64,000 nt of DNA from the human T2T-CHM13v2.0 reference genome, Homo sapiens. The stretch is taken from NCBI GenBank assembly GCA_009914755.4, contig CP068257.2, positions 14,560,001 to 14,624,000 on the forward strand, given 5' to 3'. The notes beneath the pieces are model-generated. The model saw nothing but the letters and a program-made list of their open reading frames with translations. It was not told where the DNA came from and made no database searches. Shown one piece after another: positions 1-16,397 of this stretch. Position 1 is the first letter of the stretch, and each line of letters starts with the position of its first letter. A program made the translations under genes and the position numbers.

Positions 1-1499
1 ATATGCTGTATAAGCACTAGTATAAAGAAGAATATATGTACATATCCTTTATTAAATTCTCAAACATTTCATTGATTGAAACATTGAAAAATCACTAGAT
101 TAAATTAAGAACAGTGGTTGACCAGAAAAGTACCCTTAAGAACCTTTAAGAAAAGAACCTTTAAGAAAATATTTAAGTTCAGAGAAATAACAGAGAGAAT
201 CATGGAAGCCAAGTGCATGAAAGAAGAAAAAGATTCCAAAATTAAGTCCTTTACATAAAACAGTTAAATTCCCTCATGGTACAAGCCAGCCTTTCTGTGC
301 TAATGGGGCCGTTCTGCTCCTCAAGGTAATTCAGGAGCCCAGGTTTCTTTCACCTTGTTGCTCTCTCATCCCATAATATGTTGCCTTTTAGGTTGCAGAC
401 ATCACTGAGTTCACATATGAAGAGAAAAAGAGCCAAGTTTCGGAGACCACAGCCTGTCTTTAACTTGAAGACAGCCTAGAAATTAAACACAGTATTTCTA
501 TTCTACTCATCTAATTGTAGTTACACAGTCACAACTGCATATGAGAAAAGTTGGGAAATGTGGTTTCTAGCTGGAAAGTCATGTCTTTAAGAAGAGGGAC
601 AATGAATTTTAGGTGAATAACAAGCAGTTGTCACACCAACCTTTTAAGTTTCAAAAACTATTGAGTGATTAAATAAGTTTACATACTCATTAAACAAGTA
701 TTTATCAAGTGATTGCTGTATTTGGTTGATTATTCTATGTGATAGCAATATAGACTTTTTTTTTTAAGAAAATCATTACCAAGTGGTACATATTTTAGAA
801 AGGAGAGATAGGTGTTAACCAAATTACCAAATAAATATGTGGATAAATTAAGAAGTAATAAGTATTAAGAAAAAAATAAATTTAAAGAATAGAGGGGCTG
901 TTTTCAGATAGAATAGTTAGAGAAGGGCTTTAGGTTAAAAATTGCAAAACGTTCTTTAAAGGATACAAAATTGAGATCTCCCTCCTTGGTCGAGATTTTG
1001 CAGTTGAGTTGCAAGCTTAGAATAGTAGTTGAAATAGGGCAGGGAGCGTAGCTCATTGGAAGGAGATTCAGAGTTAAAGTCCAAGGAGTGTTATCTTTTT
1101 AATGAGTTTGGGGGCCGTGATTACAGCTTAATGAACAAATGCATGCAGAAATGAGATTGTTGAGATACTTGTGCTGACAGGAAGGAGGGAATGATGGGTA
1201 AATAAGAAGTTAGCAAAGCTACTGAGAGTGAGGGTTGTGTGGACTGATTCCAGTTCTTGATGTAGTCACATAAAGGCACGGAGTTGTTATGGAAACCCTC
1301 CAGGAAGTTGAGAAGTCCGAGTCTAGTAGGGGAGGTGTGTCATGAGACTGAACCTGTGCTAGGGCTTCTCTAGCTGTGTGCACTGGAAGGGTACCTATAC
1401 TAGGTAAAGAGGAGGTGGCAATGAGAGAGGTTTAAGTGAGGAATGTAATGTCTATTCTACATAGCAAAAGAAATAGTCTTTCAGAAGAGAACTGACTGG

Positions 1500-1823
1500 G
1501 AGGCGGGCATGTGGCTCATGACTGTAATCCCAGCATTTTGAGAAGCCGAGGTGGGTGGATCACTTGAGCTCAAGAGTTTGAGACCAGCCTGGCAAACATG
1601 GTGAAACCCCATCTCTACTAAAAATACAAAAATTAGCTGGGCCTGGTGGCGCATGCCTGTAATCCCAGCTACTGGGGAGGTTGAGGCAGGAGAATCACTT
1701 GAACCCCGAAGCCGGAGGTTGCAGTGAGTGGAGGTGGTGCTGTTGCAGTGAGCTGAGAATGTGCCACTGTACTCCAGCCTGGGCAACAGAGAAAGACTCT
1801 GTCTCAGAAAAAAAAAAAAAAAA
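1500..1823 (+). mobile_element. Alu SINE, full length, with 17-bp target-site duplication AGAAGAGAACTGACTGG at 1483-1499 and 1830-1846
   Basis: Begins ggcgggcatgtggctcatgactgtaatcccagca and ends with a poly-A run. Dimeric Alu structure with an internal A-rich linker and an identical 17-mer on both flanks. The overlapping six-frame ORF 1481..1852(-) is an Alu translation. Confidence 0.95.
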
Positions 1824-3538
1824 TGTGGCAGAAGAGAACTGACTGGAACCACATGCTCCAGTTCTAGATGATGCCTGAATTTGTAAAGAGACTAAAAATG
1901 TGTTCCAGATTATATTTTTCGTGACAGGTTTTTTTCTTTTTAATTTAATATTTAAAATTCTAAACTTTTAATTTAGTTGACTCTCTTGATTTTGTTGTGT
2001 GGGGATTGTTGTGTAGAGCTGTAAATTCATGGTCACAGTTATAAAGTTAGGTAGATAAGTCATAAAAAATATTAAGAAATTAAAACCCTCAGTGAATCTC
2101 TATTATATTCTGCATTTTTTTTTGTTAACATCAGCCGGTTCCTAGTGGATTTATTGATTTTATTTCATGTAATAACTAGGGAAACATGTATTCCTGAAAA
2201 AAATTAAATAATGTTTAAAAGCTATTTATTGATATAGTTCATTTAGCATCATATGCATGATCTTTTATAGTCCATTCCTCCGTAGATACTACATCATAGA
2301 GCAACCAGCCTTCTTGGCTAGTATATTTTTCTTGATAACTTGGTTTCAATTTTTTTTTCGTCCTTTATGTGTGGATATTTGCATATTCCTATTTCTACTT
2401 CCATCTTTGTATTAGAAATGACTTCAGATATAAAGAAACTATGGCCAGAGCTATAAGGATTTTTGCCTTTTGAAGGTAATACCTTGATATCGTGACATTT
2501 TCTATGATTTTAAGCTTTTTAGTTTTTATCATTTTATATAAAGTATTAATCATTTCTGTTTATTTGCTGGTTCTTGGATTACTCCAAAAATATCTAATAT
2601 AGACCTTTTGAGGCATTGCTATTGTTGTTTACTTGTTTCTAAGCAAGCCCATTTTCTCTAGTATTTATTTTTTATTAGTTATTTGTTAAATAACTAATAA
2701 AACTGTTATTTATTATTTATTAGTTTGTCTTTCCTCCAAGGACATGAACATGTCTTTAATATTTTCTCCTGTTCTTTTTTCAGTTGCATTAACTTGTCTT
2801 ATTTGACTTCTCTTACCTTTCTTTCTGCAAAGTGTAGCTGATTTCTGCATTCACGTCTCATAATTTGTTACTTTGGAGTGAAAGTCCTGTTTGCCTTCAG
2901 CTCTTAGCAAAATCTGTCTTTCATTACCCTATTTGTATTGCCACTTCTTGGTGCTTTAAAATTCTTCTACACTGTTCCCCATTGCTGACACAGTTCCTCT
3001 CCTCAGCAGAAATTTTACTCCACTCTCTGTAAAATATCTGTCTCAACAAAGAAGAGGTAAACGTTTTAAATCTTGAAGCTCAATATGGTATTCTTTGACA
3101 TCAGTCTCTTCTATGTTAAGTTTTGATATCTTATAGCAACATTTAAATGACTTTCTTATTGTTCTCATCTTCTCAATCAATATTTTCTTGTCAGTCAGAT
3201 TTAAATTAGCAAGATTAGATTTCATATATTCTTGAAGGCAGGATATCACAAAACAATTTAGCAAGCTGTTTGCAATCAATATTATTTATATATTCACACA
3301 CTAGAGATTACATAGGGACAAATATAACAGGAATATGGCCCAAATCATCTAGATTTAGAGCCCTTTAATCAACATTTAGAATTATTTACTTCTGTGGGTA
3401 GAAGAAATTATCGATATTTACTAAATGTTATTAACTTTTTAATCACTGTTATGCCTTTAGCAAATAAATTTATTTATGTATTGGGTGATTAGAAATGACT
3501 AGCTACAAACAGATATGTAGAAAAGGGACATTGATACT

Positions 3539-3540
<2 letters not shown>

Positions 3541-3571
<31 letters not shown>
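3541..3571. repeat. (CA)n microsatellite
   Basis: Uninterrupted acacac... run of about 30 bp. Confidence 0.95.
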
Positions 3572-4964
3572 TGCAAAGACTAATAGTGACAGATACATGT
3601 ACATAGAGAGATATACACATATCATACTTTATGGAATGCTATATTCCATATTTCATCTGCATAAGTCACTGATATACTTTAAGTTAAATCATGACAAAAT
3701 GAATTGTATGGTTTGAAAGTTCCAGAATGCACCATTAAAAAGGAGGAATCAGAGTGTGTATTCATTGGAATTCTTATTTTAAAGATTAATTATTAATGAA
3801 TCAAGTAATTTCAAAGTAATATTAATCCTTTTCAGGAAAATTTGAGTGGGCTGACTTTCTTTAATATCTTTGAAGCCAGGGAATTCAGTTTTTTAACATA
3901 GGGAAAATTTTGTATTCATCATCAATTTTGGAGCTTCCAATCTTTCCCTGGTACTTGCTAGTTATAGGGGCTCACAGATAACTAAGATGGTTGTATCTTT
4001 TTAGTCCATTTCATTTTGAAGAATGTGTGACTATTGCTTTTCATGACACTGTGTCTCATTTATTTTTAATTTTTTCAAATAATGACAATCTAGATGAACT
4101 TTTTGGGATTAGTGGGTGTTTAAATTTGTTTTAAGAGGGGCAATGCTACATGTTGCCTATCAGCAATCCAGAATTTTTTACATGTCTAATCACTTTACAG
4201 CCACTATGGAAGGTGCTTTGGGATCTAGAGCCAACTATCTGAGCTATAATTCCTATTCACACATTGCTGAGTTGCAGTAGGGAGGGTTAACTAAGAGAGC
4301 TTCCTTAATGCTTTATAGAAAAAAGCAGAATATAAATAGGTTTATTCAGAGGATAAAAGATTACCAAATGAATGTTAGAGATGTAGGAAGCAAGGCAAGA
4401 ACATTCTGGATTGACTGATAATAAACAATGTATGTGAGAGCAAATAATGTAAGAGCAAAACATTTGTTTGACTTTGAGTGATGGCAAAGATTGGAATATA
4501 TGGCTAGGAGTTTAAAAGTTTAGTCAAATGGATTTAGTGGTCAGTGAGAAGGTCTGAAGAACCAATTCCATACAGAGGTAGCAAATCCCAGAAGAGTAAC
4601 AGTGTCCAAATGGAGAAATTGTTAAATCTAAGCAGCAGCAAAAGGCTGGGTTCAGCATTGGAGGAAAGACGAGATGGCCATGCCAGCCAAGGTAAAGTCG
4701 TTCCAGCCAAGTTATCCCAGACTAAAACCAGGAGAAAACAGAAGTAAGATTTAGTTCTAAGGGACAGGATTGTAGGGAACAGTTATGACCCCTGTTATAT
4801 ATAAAGTACGGACTGGGGACCTTCTAGTTCACAGACATTTTTGCCAAATTGGTAAAAGTTCTCTTATAAAATCTTTAACTCTAGGAAAATATAATTCTCA
4901 AACACATGAGGGTAAATTCTTCTGTTCTATAAGATGATGGACATAGAAATTATGGGAAGCCAAG

Positions 4965-5395
<431 letters not shown>

Positions 5396-8300
5396 CTAAA
5401 AACTTCAGCTGACAGTTTCAGTCTCACCCAGTTCAAGGGCAAAGGCTACTGGGCCAGTGGCTCATCGACTTATTGTTTCCAGGGGAGACGTAAGACAGTC
5501 TGGAGGATGAGGAGTTAGTCTGGAAAAGTGAAGAGGGCCTGCTATAGATACAGAAACTGATGGGTAGCATCCATAGTTGGAGCACAGGTGCAGAGGGTGT
5601 GTTCCTCTGACACAGGGCAACTTGTGGTGGAGTTTGACTTAGAAGTGAGATTGTTTGGGGGATGAAAAGGGAAAGATAGATATGAAAAGAAAATTTCCAA
5701 ATAGCAAATATATTGGTCTTCTGCTGAAAATGGCTAGAACGGACATATAAACTCTGAGAAACAGGAAATTCAGGAAAGGAGCTAATGGTAGAGAGACTAG
5801 AGGAGCTTAGTTTGGGAAATAATAAGTTTGTGAGGGGTGATAAGAAAGCCGAGAGGCAAGTCCTTTTGGCAGTTGCAAGCAATGAAGGAGAGAAGTCAAA
5901 CCTGGAGATGCGTATTTTAAGAGCCTATCTCAAATGTGCAGATCATACTGGTTTTCATATATGATTTTAAAAAAAGTTAAGAAAACATACGTTCTTTAAA
6001 ATGCAATAAGGTTGTATAATATTCTCTCTGGACCAGTAATTCACACAGCCATCACAACACAAGTAAAACATGCTAATATCTTCTGGTAAACTACCTTTCA
6101 CAATTCAATTAGATAGGTATTGTACCAGCTCCATTTCTTAATGTGTTCGTTTATCTCAAATGCAACAGTGTGGTAGGATTGTATGTGCCTGGAGACCCTG
6201 AGCATAGAAACAGGGGAGAAGAGAAATGCATTAATAAGTACAAGGCTTAAACTAAATATAAAGAATTTCAATATCACGAACATATAATAGCTTTAATCAT
6301 GCTTGTTCTCAAACATTATTTATGGCAGCGGTTTATGTGATTTTACTTAATTAAAAATTAGGTAAACTGATTTTTAAAAATGTATATATAAAGAAAGCAA
6401 GCTATTATTTCTTTGAAAACTGAGCTTTTGCTTTGGCAAGTCTTGATAAAAGTAAGTCTCTAAGAAGTATTTCCATTGCATAAAGTATGGACAATACAAA
6501 TGTAAAAGACTACACAAATTATAAAAATTCAGATGTCTGTACTGAAATTTTTTTCTCTAGTGACTAAATTCTCCATTCATTTAAAAATATATTAAATTCA
6601 AAATTATTGATGGGGCAGTTTATACACAAAAAGCAATAGCAATAAAATTATGCTTGATGGGCACACAGGTAAAGAAAACTTTAACTATATAAATATACAC
6701 ATATATACATATGTCTACATTAATAACATTATTTATTATAGTCTCCATTGTAATAATTGGCTGACCAATCAGCAGACTTGCTGTGTTATAAGGATATATC
6801 AGCTGATGTAATAGATAAAACCCCAGCTTCTTAGAGGTTCAGAGCTTGTTCAGATTACAATCCACGCAGTATGCCTTGGACAGTTTTTTACTCCCTGATT
6901 CAAAGACTGAAGTTCTTTCCATCTTGTAGCTCCACCAATAGCAACTTCCACAGTTGCTATTGAAGTATTAGTTCACACATGGGGAAATTTTATGGTCTGG
7001 ACCTGGAGCAGACCCATATATACTCCACTCTTCAGTGCCCAGCCACATGGCCATACCTTGCTCAGGTGAATCTGGGCAATGTCATCTCTCTGTGTCCCTC
7101 ATGAGAGCCAGATAACACACGTAGGATAACTTTGGTTGTATGTACAAACTCTGAGCCAGGCACTGTGGAGAGCACTTCTACAACCAGTATACATTTTCTA
7201 CCCTCTAGATTCTTAGTAGTTACGGAACAGAACTTTCCGTAAGTCAGTGTTAATGCAAGGCTGGATTTATTAGCTTATACAGTAGAGGGATAAAGACTTT
7301 CTCATAAGGAGAAACTTTTTGCAAGGGGCAGTATTGGAACAGAGCTTGAAGCATAGGCAGGGACTCGTCATCAGCAGAGATAGAGGCTACAGCATGAAAA
7401 GTGACATGACAACAGGAAACTATAAAATGGCCAGAGATGAGATTCTATGATAGGGGCAGAGATAAAGATATCTGAAAGATATTTGTGGACTATCACATGA
7501 CAGGCCTTAAGCACCCTATTTATAGTTCAGGAGTCACTTCAAAATCTGCAGCAAATGCTTGAGAAAGAAAGCAGTGTTCAGAACAAGTAGAATGGAAAGA
7601 AATTAGGAATGGGAGTAGTGCAGAGCAGCTTGAACTAATGCACTGGGAATGGAAACGAGAGAACAGGCAAAACATTTGAGAAAGTCGATTTGAAAAGGCA
7701 GATTGTTTGTGTTGGTGAGTAATCCAGAGATTTTGTATTTCACTGACAGAGTGTTCTCAATCGTTAATCCTTGGGAATTATTTGATGAGTTCCAAAGGGC
7801 ACTAACAGCTAACAGTCGATCTCATTAACTAAGGATCTGTTAAAACCTGCCAAGGCAAGAATTTTTTCTGGGTTTGACAATGACGTCTCTGAAAGCCTTG
7901 AACTTGAAGAGAAGCACAGTAAAAATATCTTCTGTTATAGCCACAAGTTACCACATTTTGCAAAACAAAACTGAATAATAAATTATATAGGATAGACCAT
8001 GCCCCCACCTTTTTAAAAACTCATTAAAAAGTCTTTTTTATCTTTGTTTTTCCTTAACCAAAATTATATGGCTCTAATCTTCATTCTACATTCTCTTCTA
8101 GAGTTATGGTCAGGGTATAGATATTTTTTGAAATGATACTGAAAGGTAACATTTCAGAGAGTTTGAAGGCATTATGAGTCTTGATTCTGCTAGACTTCAG
8201 TGAAGGAAAAGGTAATATTGGAGTTCTTCTTCAATGGCACCTGTAAGTCTCATCTGCATAATCAAGAATACTGTATTCACACCATAAAGGGCACTCTTGA

Positions 8301-9290
8301 AATAGGGTTTTGAGGGCCATTCTTTTCTCATTTTTATGATGCAGGGGAAGTATTTAAACGTTTGAGGAGTAAAATAGCCTCTTCTATTCCCATTAGACGT
8401 AGCTGCAATTTACCACAATGTAAAACATCAAATAGTGTTGATGTAGAATATGTGAAGTCTCATTTTCAGGTATTTGACTTAAGAATATTTTTCACTGGCA
8501 ACTGAGACTGTTAGTCCTCCAAGAAGATAGCCTAAGTCTTGCCAAGTTCAAAATGAAAGATCCTCCTCAACTCCGTCAGAGAAGGGGTAACAAAGTTTAG
8601 ATGACAGCCATAGAGTCATAATTAACATGTAACTTTTAGATTGATAATTTAAATTATTCCAACTTTCAGAAAAATTGTCTTACTACCCTCAAACATATTA
8701 TGTGCTATGTATAATTGTTAAGCTTAGAATGGCAATTGGAAATATAGTGTGGTAGCAGAATTCAAGTGGAAGTGCATTAATTGTAATAAAAAATTGTATC
8801 TAATCATGTGGTTTCCTGTTATAATGGGTAGTAGTATTTATGTGCTCTTTAAACACTTTGATCTAAGGTGTAGGTTTCCTTTCAATAATGGATACATTCC
8901 AAAAATATTTAAAAGGGAAGAAAAAGACATATTAAACGTGTTTGAAATTTACTTTTATTATTTCCTACTCGTTGATGGTATTGAGAGAGTGAAGAAAATT
9001 TTGATTAAGCAAGAGGAAAAAGGACTAAGTTACCAGAAAATATGGGTTTTAGCTTAGTTTCCCTCCTTACTGGCCATGAAACTTGTCTGAGTTTTTAGTT
9101 TTTATCCACATAACCATTCTATCCACTTCACAGAGTTATTTTGAGGGCCAAATTATTACATGTTTTACATACACAAACAGTGTATAAAATCATTTCCCTT
9201 CTGAGGTCACTCTAGTATTTTTATACCATCATGGCTTAACTCCACTGACATAAATCCCATGGCCTATTGTTGCGACTTTCTGATCACTCA

Positions 9291-9364
9291 TGAGTCTGTA
9301 GAGGAGTCTTGGTCCTCAGCCTACCGATGAGTCTGTAGAGGTGTCTTGGTCCTCAGCCTACCAG
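9291..9364. repeat. 37-bp tandem duplication (2 copies, 2-3 mismatches)
   Basis: tgagtctgtagaggagtcttggtcctcagcctaccga is immediately followed by tgagtctgtagaggtgtcttggtcctcagcctaccag. Confidence 0.9.
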
Positions 9365-10244
9365 TCTCGGCTTTTAACACCTGGGAGAATGATACAATTC
9401 CAGCAATTCAGTAAGGTAAAATATTAGGGCAATGACTGAGATAAAAAAAAAAGAAAGAATATAAGTTTTACCCTATAATTGGTTGCTGCCAAAGGATTAT
9501 TTTTCTACATTGCAATTCTTATTACATCACACCACTCTACTTAAACTTATCTGTTAATGTTTTTTCAAGTCTCTTGGTTTTTGATTTTGGCATTTCTTCA
9601 AATCTATCTCATGTACTAGAATCTGTGATTTGAGAATTTAGGCTGAAAATGTGTAAGAATCAGGTGCTCTTGTTAAATTTTGTTGAGTTGGAATAAAACC
9701 ACAACAGAATACTTTTGAGTTTTTAAAAAATAAACTCCCACTGATTTTTAAATAGTATGCACTTGGAGGGAAAATTTTTATTTTGTTTTGCTATGCCTCA
9801 TCACCATTTCTTTTGCTCTGCAGGACAGTACTACAGAAGGACTAAGTATATAGGAAACTTGACTTATTTAAATAAGGCAGTGAAAAAAATAGAATATGGG
9901 GAGTAAAACAACCTCTGAAGCTAAGTCTGCATATATAATAACTGGGTAAGTCTTTCAGTGAGTTTATTGATTAGTAACAGGGGTTTGATACGTAAAACAG
10001 AGCAAATTGCATATAGGTATGATTTGAATGGGCTAACATACTTACAATTAATATAAAATATTTCCAGATTAAGAATTATAAGCACACATTAAAATAAGAA
10101 TAAAGAAACTTTTTCAGGTGTCTTGAAGACCCTGAAGGATTTAGTGAGTCATCAGTGAGACATATTAATAAGGATGAGTATATGTATGAGTACCTGTTGG
10201 GTTTGTTTTCCTATCGTTTTTTCACTCTAAGTAGTAGCATGTAT

Positions 10245-10543
<299 letters not shown>

Positions 10544-12329
10544 AGGTAGGATGTATTCTCTAGTTCTTTTACAAAAGGAGGATTTTCATTTACCTGCACT
10601 TTTTGTTCCCCAAAGAGGGAGTCCTGTAGTCTCTTGGTGTGTATAGAAAGGCTTAAATATTTTAGCCAGTCCTTTGTAACTTTTTCCTTGCTTGTCAAAA
10701 GCAATAATATTGCCATCATTGAGAAATGGTTTCAATGATGGCGACACTTCACAGATAAGAACAAGCTTATTAATCTTGGGAAACTCACAAATGATTATTG
10801 AGTCTCCTAGATTGCTAAAAACAAAGAAGAATTAATTTTTTGTCCTGAAGATTTAAGGTAATTGTCCACAGCTTAATAATCATCAGGAAGAGGATAAACT
10901 CAATCACAGGAAATACAACGTAGTAGTGAAATTTGTTCAATTACAGAGGAAAGTTCCAACGGAAATGGTGGAAATCCTGGCACTTGGAATAAGCAAAACC
11001 AAACAGGACAAAGTACTAAACTACAATTAGTAAGCTTCTAATACAGCTCTAAAAAGGAATGCTTCCTATATTGATGATAATTAGTTGATGATAGATTACT
11101 GAGCTGAAAACTTGACATTTGATTGCTACTTTTAAGTGTTAGGCAAATTAAGAGGTATGGAAAATTGGACATATCATAGTGTAAATGAATTTATTTTCTC
11201 CATGGCAGGATTTGGTTGCTTGTGAACATATAGCAGATTCTCTAATACTCATAAGGCTCCCTCTTTCCTTTAATACGAAGGATGTAGGAGAAGTTCAGCA
11301 AGCACTTATTTGTTAGGTTGAATTCTAAATATGGACACAGTGCAGTCTTAAATTATGTTAGAAAAAGGACATTTGGCTTAGTGAGACACATTAATCATAG
11401 TGCAGTCTTAAATAGATCTGAGGACTTACAACAGTGCATAGATATGTCTTTAAATCAGCAGAAATTCAGAAGAACATGGCAGGTTAGAAATGATAGGATG
11501 ATAACTTGGATTTGATTATGGCAAGATTAACTAAGCAGCTGTTGAGATTGGATAATGATATGTGAGGTTCTCATCACCCTGTAACTTGTTTCCACTAATA
11601 CAGATTAAGAATGTCTGGAGGAACTATAATTATCTCTGTGGCTTGTGCATAACATAATTATGTTTTGCCAGTGCAAAGCATTTTATTAAGTGGAAAATGA
11701 TTTTTAAAAAGTTATACAAGTGGCTACAAGAACAAATCAACTAAGAACAGAAACATTGGCACTTCATAATAGTAATGTGAAAAATACTTATCTCTTTTTG
11801 TTATATGGAGTTTTCAGAATTTAAAGCCTTGTTTATATGACAGATACATGAGGGATTATTTCAGTGATGTTGACCCTCTTACTGAAGTTTGTGCCCCAGG
11901 TGTCCAGACCACAAAATAGAAAATGCAATCTTTGTCTGCCTTACATAAATACAGTACTGAGATCAGCTTGTCTTTTAAATGTCTGATTGCTATTTAATTA
12001 CAAAAAATTTGTCTTTAAACAGAGCACCCAAAACAACAAAAAAACAGTAAAGAACTCATTTCGGAGCCTTGTAATCCACCCTACCACATAAAAAGAGGGT
12101 GATATGTCTGACAACTCTCTCTATAATCAGGTTTATTAAGTGATAGTCATTATGCATTTTATAAACACTACCCTAAAATATGTAATGTGAATGTATCTGT
12201 TAATCAGAAAAAGCTAACTAAAACTGAATGCAATGTACTCATTTCCATTCTGGTGGCATTCTTACATAATGATTTTAAAGCAACTGTGATGAGATAGAAA
12301 GAGTGTTAAAGCTGTAGTGAACAAATGGG

Positions 12330-12480
12330 AATTCAAATTCCAGCTCTGAAGTGTTCCGGCTGGCTGAGTTTCTTATACTTTCTGAGCCTCCGTTTATCCA
12401 GTAGTAAAATGCAGCTGTGAATTTCTACCCCAGTGGGCTGCTGAGAGAATTAAATGAGATAATTTATGTGAACAATCTTC
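12330..12480 (-). mobile_element. MIR SINE fragment (antisense)
   Basis: ctgagcctccgtttatccagtagtaaaatgcagctgtgaat...gagagaattaaatgagataatttatgtgaac resembles the reverse-complemented MIR core (ctgagcctcagtttcctcatctgtaaaatgggg...gaggattaaatgagataatgcatgtaaagc). Confidence 0.65.
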
Positions 12481-13789
12481 TTAGAATATGTTTATTTAAT
12501 CTGACCTTGAAAAATAATTCACAAAAAATGTGTCAGAGTAAGTTTTCTCTCTTTCGTCTCAAAGGAGAGAATATGAAGTAGATTAAGTGACATTTTTGAA
12601 AAAAGTTCCACATTTGAAACTTTTATTTATAAAATTGTGAATTTATCTTTAGTTATAGAATAACTTTCCTCTTCCTTTGATCTTTTTAAGCGTAATATTT
12701 AGCCCTCTCTTTATTACTCTGAGAGAAGATGAATATTTTAAAACTATTTATATCACATGTCTAAAAGTATTTCTCATTTTTTTCTTAAGCTCTTTTTTGA
12801 ATATTTATAATTTCTTTCCCTTTTATTCTCATATTTCACACCTAGTATTTCTGCTTTCATTTCATTAATCTTTTTTTAATAACTTGGCACCTGGGCCTGT
12901 TTTGCAGCTATGTGCAGCAATCTTAAGTACTATGTATAGTTTAGTTTTCAATCAGTTCCTTGCTGTTACTTTCTGCAAATAAAAACTAGCTTAGCTATGC
13001 ACGTGATTAACATGGCCCAGGTATTCCTATTACTAGGTCTTTCTATTACTAGGTCTTTCTTTCCTTCTGTGTTATTTAATATAAGGCAAAATAGGACCCT
13101 GCCGCTTACCAAGCTTTCAGGATCCTCCATCTTCCATCTTCCACTAATCCCTTCCTATGTCTCTATGAAAAATATATCTCTAAGATGGTGGTTGACAAGA
13201 GTGTGAGAGTCAAATGGTAAGGAATATTGCTTGGAAATAAGGCTGAATTAATAATTCCAGAGAAACATTGTGAAATAACTTATAGGTACATAAATTCACT
13301 ATATTTAGATCTGCCTCATACTTTTAAACCAGCAGCATGATAATTCATAGCATGGACTTATCATCATACCATATATTGAAACATTCCTCTATTGTTGGAT
13401 GGTTATTTCATTTCCTCTGCTTCATTGTTTTGAACATCCCTATAATAATCACCACTGTATATGCCATTTTTTGCAGAAGTGGAATTCCTAGTTAAAAGTT
13501 GAATTTCAAAATTGTTCTTGACAGTTTATACTTCTAGCAACAAAGTCTCTAAGTCTTACTATTAAGAGAAAATGCAAGACTTAGAACAATACATTTTATA
13601 AATGACATGTATATTAAAAAAGATCTATTATGTGAATGTATCATATAACTTGAATGATATACACTAAACACTTAACCTCTGGGGAGGAAAATAAAATTAA
13701 GAAAAGGTGGGGAAGGAAAATTTACTTCAAATACATTTGTATTGTTCAGATTTTTTACAGGAAAGATGAGTTTATATACTGCTATGTGT

Positions 13790-14172
<383 letters not shown>

Positions 14173-15633
14173 TACTGCTATGTATTTTTAAAATAAAATT
14201 AAAATAGAGACACAAAGGTATTACTATAGTGGTATCAAAGTAAACAGTGTGAAAGCATCCAACCTGAATTTCATAGCTGCAGTGTGATGGCATTTTTATT
14301 CAGCTATTTCTAGGCATATTTTAAGGTCTGAGACTCACCATATGCACTATCATGTAAATTTATTTTTATAGGTAAAACCTGTAAAGTAATAAAACAGTCT
14401 CAGTTTCCAGAGCAAATCATATCCATCTGTACTGCTGGGTAAATGTAGTTCTGATTCAACCACATGAATAAGATTACACGTGTTTTTGAAAATCACTATT
14501 TGCTGAAGATCATAAGCAATTCACATGCTTTGTCTATGGTTAATTTTGGTAATAAGATGCAAGACAGCTCACAGATCTTTAAGCTATATCTAGAAATAGT
14601 GCTGATTGAATTTAAGCTGATTATGCAGCTTATTTTGGTCGTTTGCCCTCTTCCTAAATTCTAAAGTTCAAAGTTTAACGTGAAATAGTTTTCTCAAGTT
14701 TAGCTCTAGCCAAAGTCCATGAAATGGCTTATGTCTGTCAATAGTTGACCTAATAGATTTGTCCTATGTTGACACTTTGTTCTTTTCATACTAGACTGTG
14801 CGTATCATGTAGGTATGTTATTTTCAGTGTGCTGTGCTTTAAAATGGGATTAGAAAGTCATGGAGAATTTTTTGAAAATGTTTTGATGTGTTAGTGTTTT
14901 TTGGTAGGGTTTTGGGATACATCATTTATTTATTAATTAATTCATTATTCTGTATTTATTCTAGAATGTCATCAGTAATGTATTGAACTACCAATCATGT
15001 TAGTGGAGATAACAAGGCAAGACCAGTATAGTGACATTAGAGGCATAAAATCAATGGGTTCTATAAAATATTTGAGTTGCTTTATAAGAACTGTGTATCA
15101 ACAGGAGTAAAGTCATCAAGAAGAACCTCTTCTACCAGTGCCATCAAGAAAGGGTTCATTTATATGGGGAAGCTCCAACAGAATCTGGATAGACAGAAAT
15201 AGGATTCTTTTTCACAGGCAGGGATGGAGATATGTTTTAGACATGGAACATTTGAGAGGATAAAAGAAGCATGAAACCACATGTCTGGTACCTGTGACTA
15301 CTAAGGCATGTAAATAAGGCATGCTGAGAGATGAGAATGAAGGTAAGGTGGTAAAGCAGGGGTAAGATTTTGGAAACCATTAAAAACCATGCCAAAGTTC
15401 ATGAACATTTTCCTTTAGGCAGTGAAGATCTTTTAAGGGGTTTTCAGCAGGAGAGCAACAGAGCTGTACATTTTAGAAAGAGCCCTCTGGCAGAAATGCA
15501 GGGGATGAATGGGGAATGCACAATAAGAGGCGTTAAATGATTCCTTCTGGTAATATTGGGACATAAAATAAAGCCTGAATGGTGGGGATAGAGAGGAAAG
15601 GATTTGATGCAGTATATGTTAAGGAAGTAGTAG

Positions 15634-15977
<344 letters not shown>

Positions 15978-16353
15978 AGAAGTAGTATTAACAAGTCAAA
16001 GTCAATGATAAAATTTGGATGATGTGGAAGAGGCAGTAGATTCCCAAGCATCTGTCTTGGGTTAATGGGTAGATGGTGATGCTGTTCACCAATAGGAATA
16101 GGAAAAGAGGTTTGGGAGGCAAGAGTGAGAAGTGGTTAGTGTTCAGTGTTTAGCTATGTTTTGTTTGGAGTGTTTATGTGGCAGCCAGGTGGAGATTCCA
16201 AGTATGCAGTTCAATATGTGGGCCCAAAGGTTAGAACACAGGGACGAATTAGAGATGTAGATTTGTTGGTCATTGACGTTTCATAAATGTAGTGTTAATG
16301 TCGCACAAAGCAAAATGTTTAGAGGAGGAAGAATAACATTAGGAATAGCAACC

Positions 16354-16356
<3 letters not shown>

Positions 16357-16395
<39 letters not shown>
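16357..16395. repeat. (TA)n microsatellite
   Basis: Perfect TA run of about 39 bp. Confidence 0.95.

Positions 16396-16397
<2 letters not shown>

Noticed and set aside
1481-1852. Six-frame ORFs of 60-140 aa overlapping Alus (e.g. 1481..1852-, 15637..15930+, 28991..29407+, 34028..34321-, 39699..39971-, 43331..43558-, 58312..58614+, 61194..61565-)
   Set aside because: All translate Alu sequence (recurrent peptides such as [31 protein letters not shown] and [20 protein letters not shown]). Alu consensus has open frames by chance. These are not genes.
5433-5882. 149-aa minus-strand ORF, the longest non-L1 ORF in the window
   Set aside because: S/L/P-rich low-complexity translation with no start context, no splice or promoter support, and no recognisable domain. 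An ORF of this length is expected by chance in 64 kb over six frames.
8749-9057. 102-aa plus-strand ORF in unique sequence
   Set aside because: Composition is driven by AT-rich DNA (K/I/F/Y/N rich), with no domain-like pattern and no flanking splice signals.
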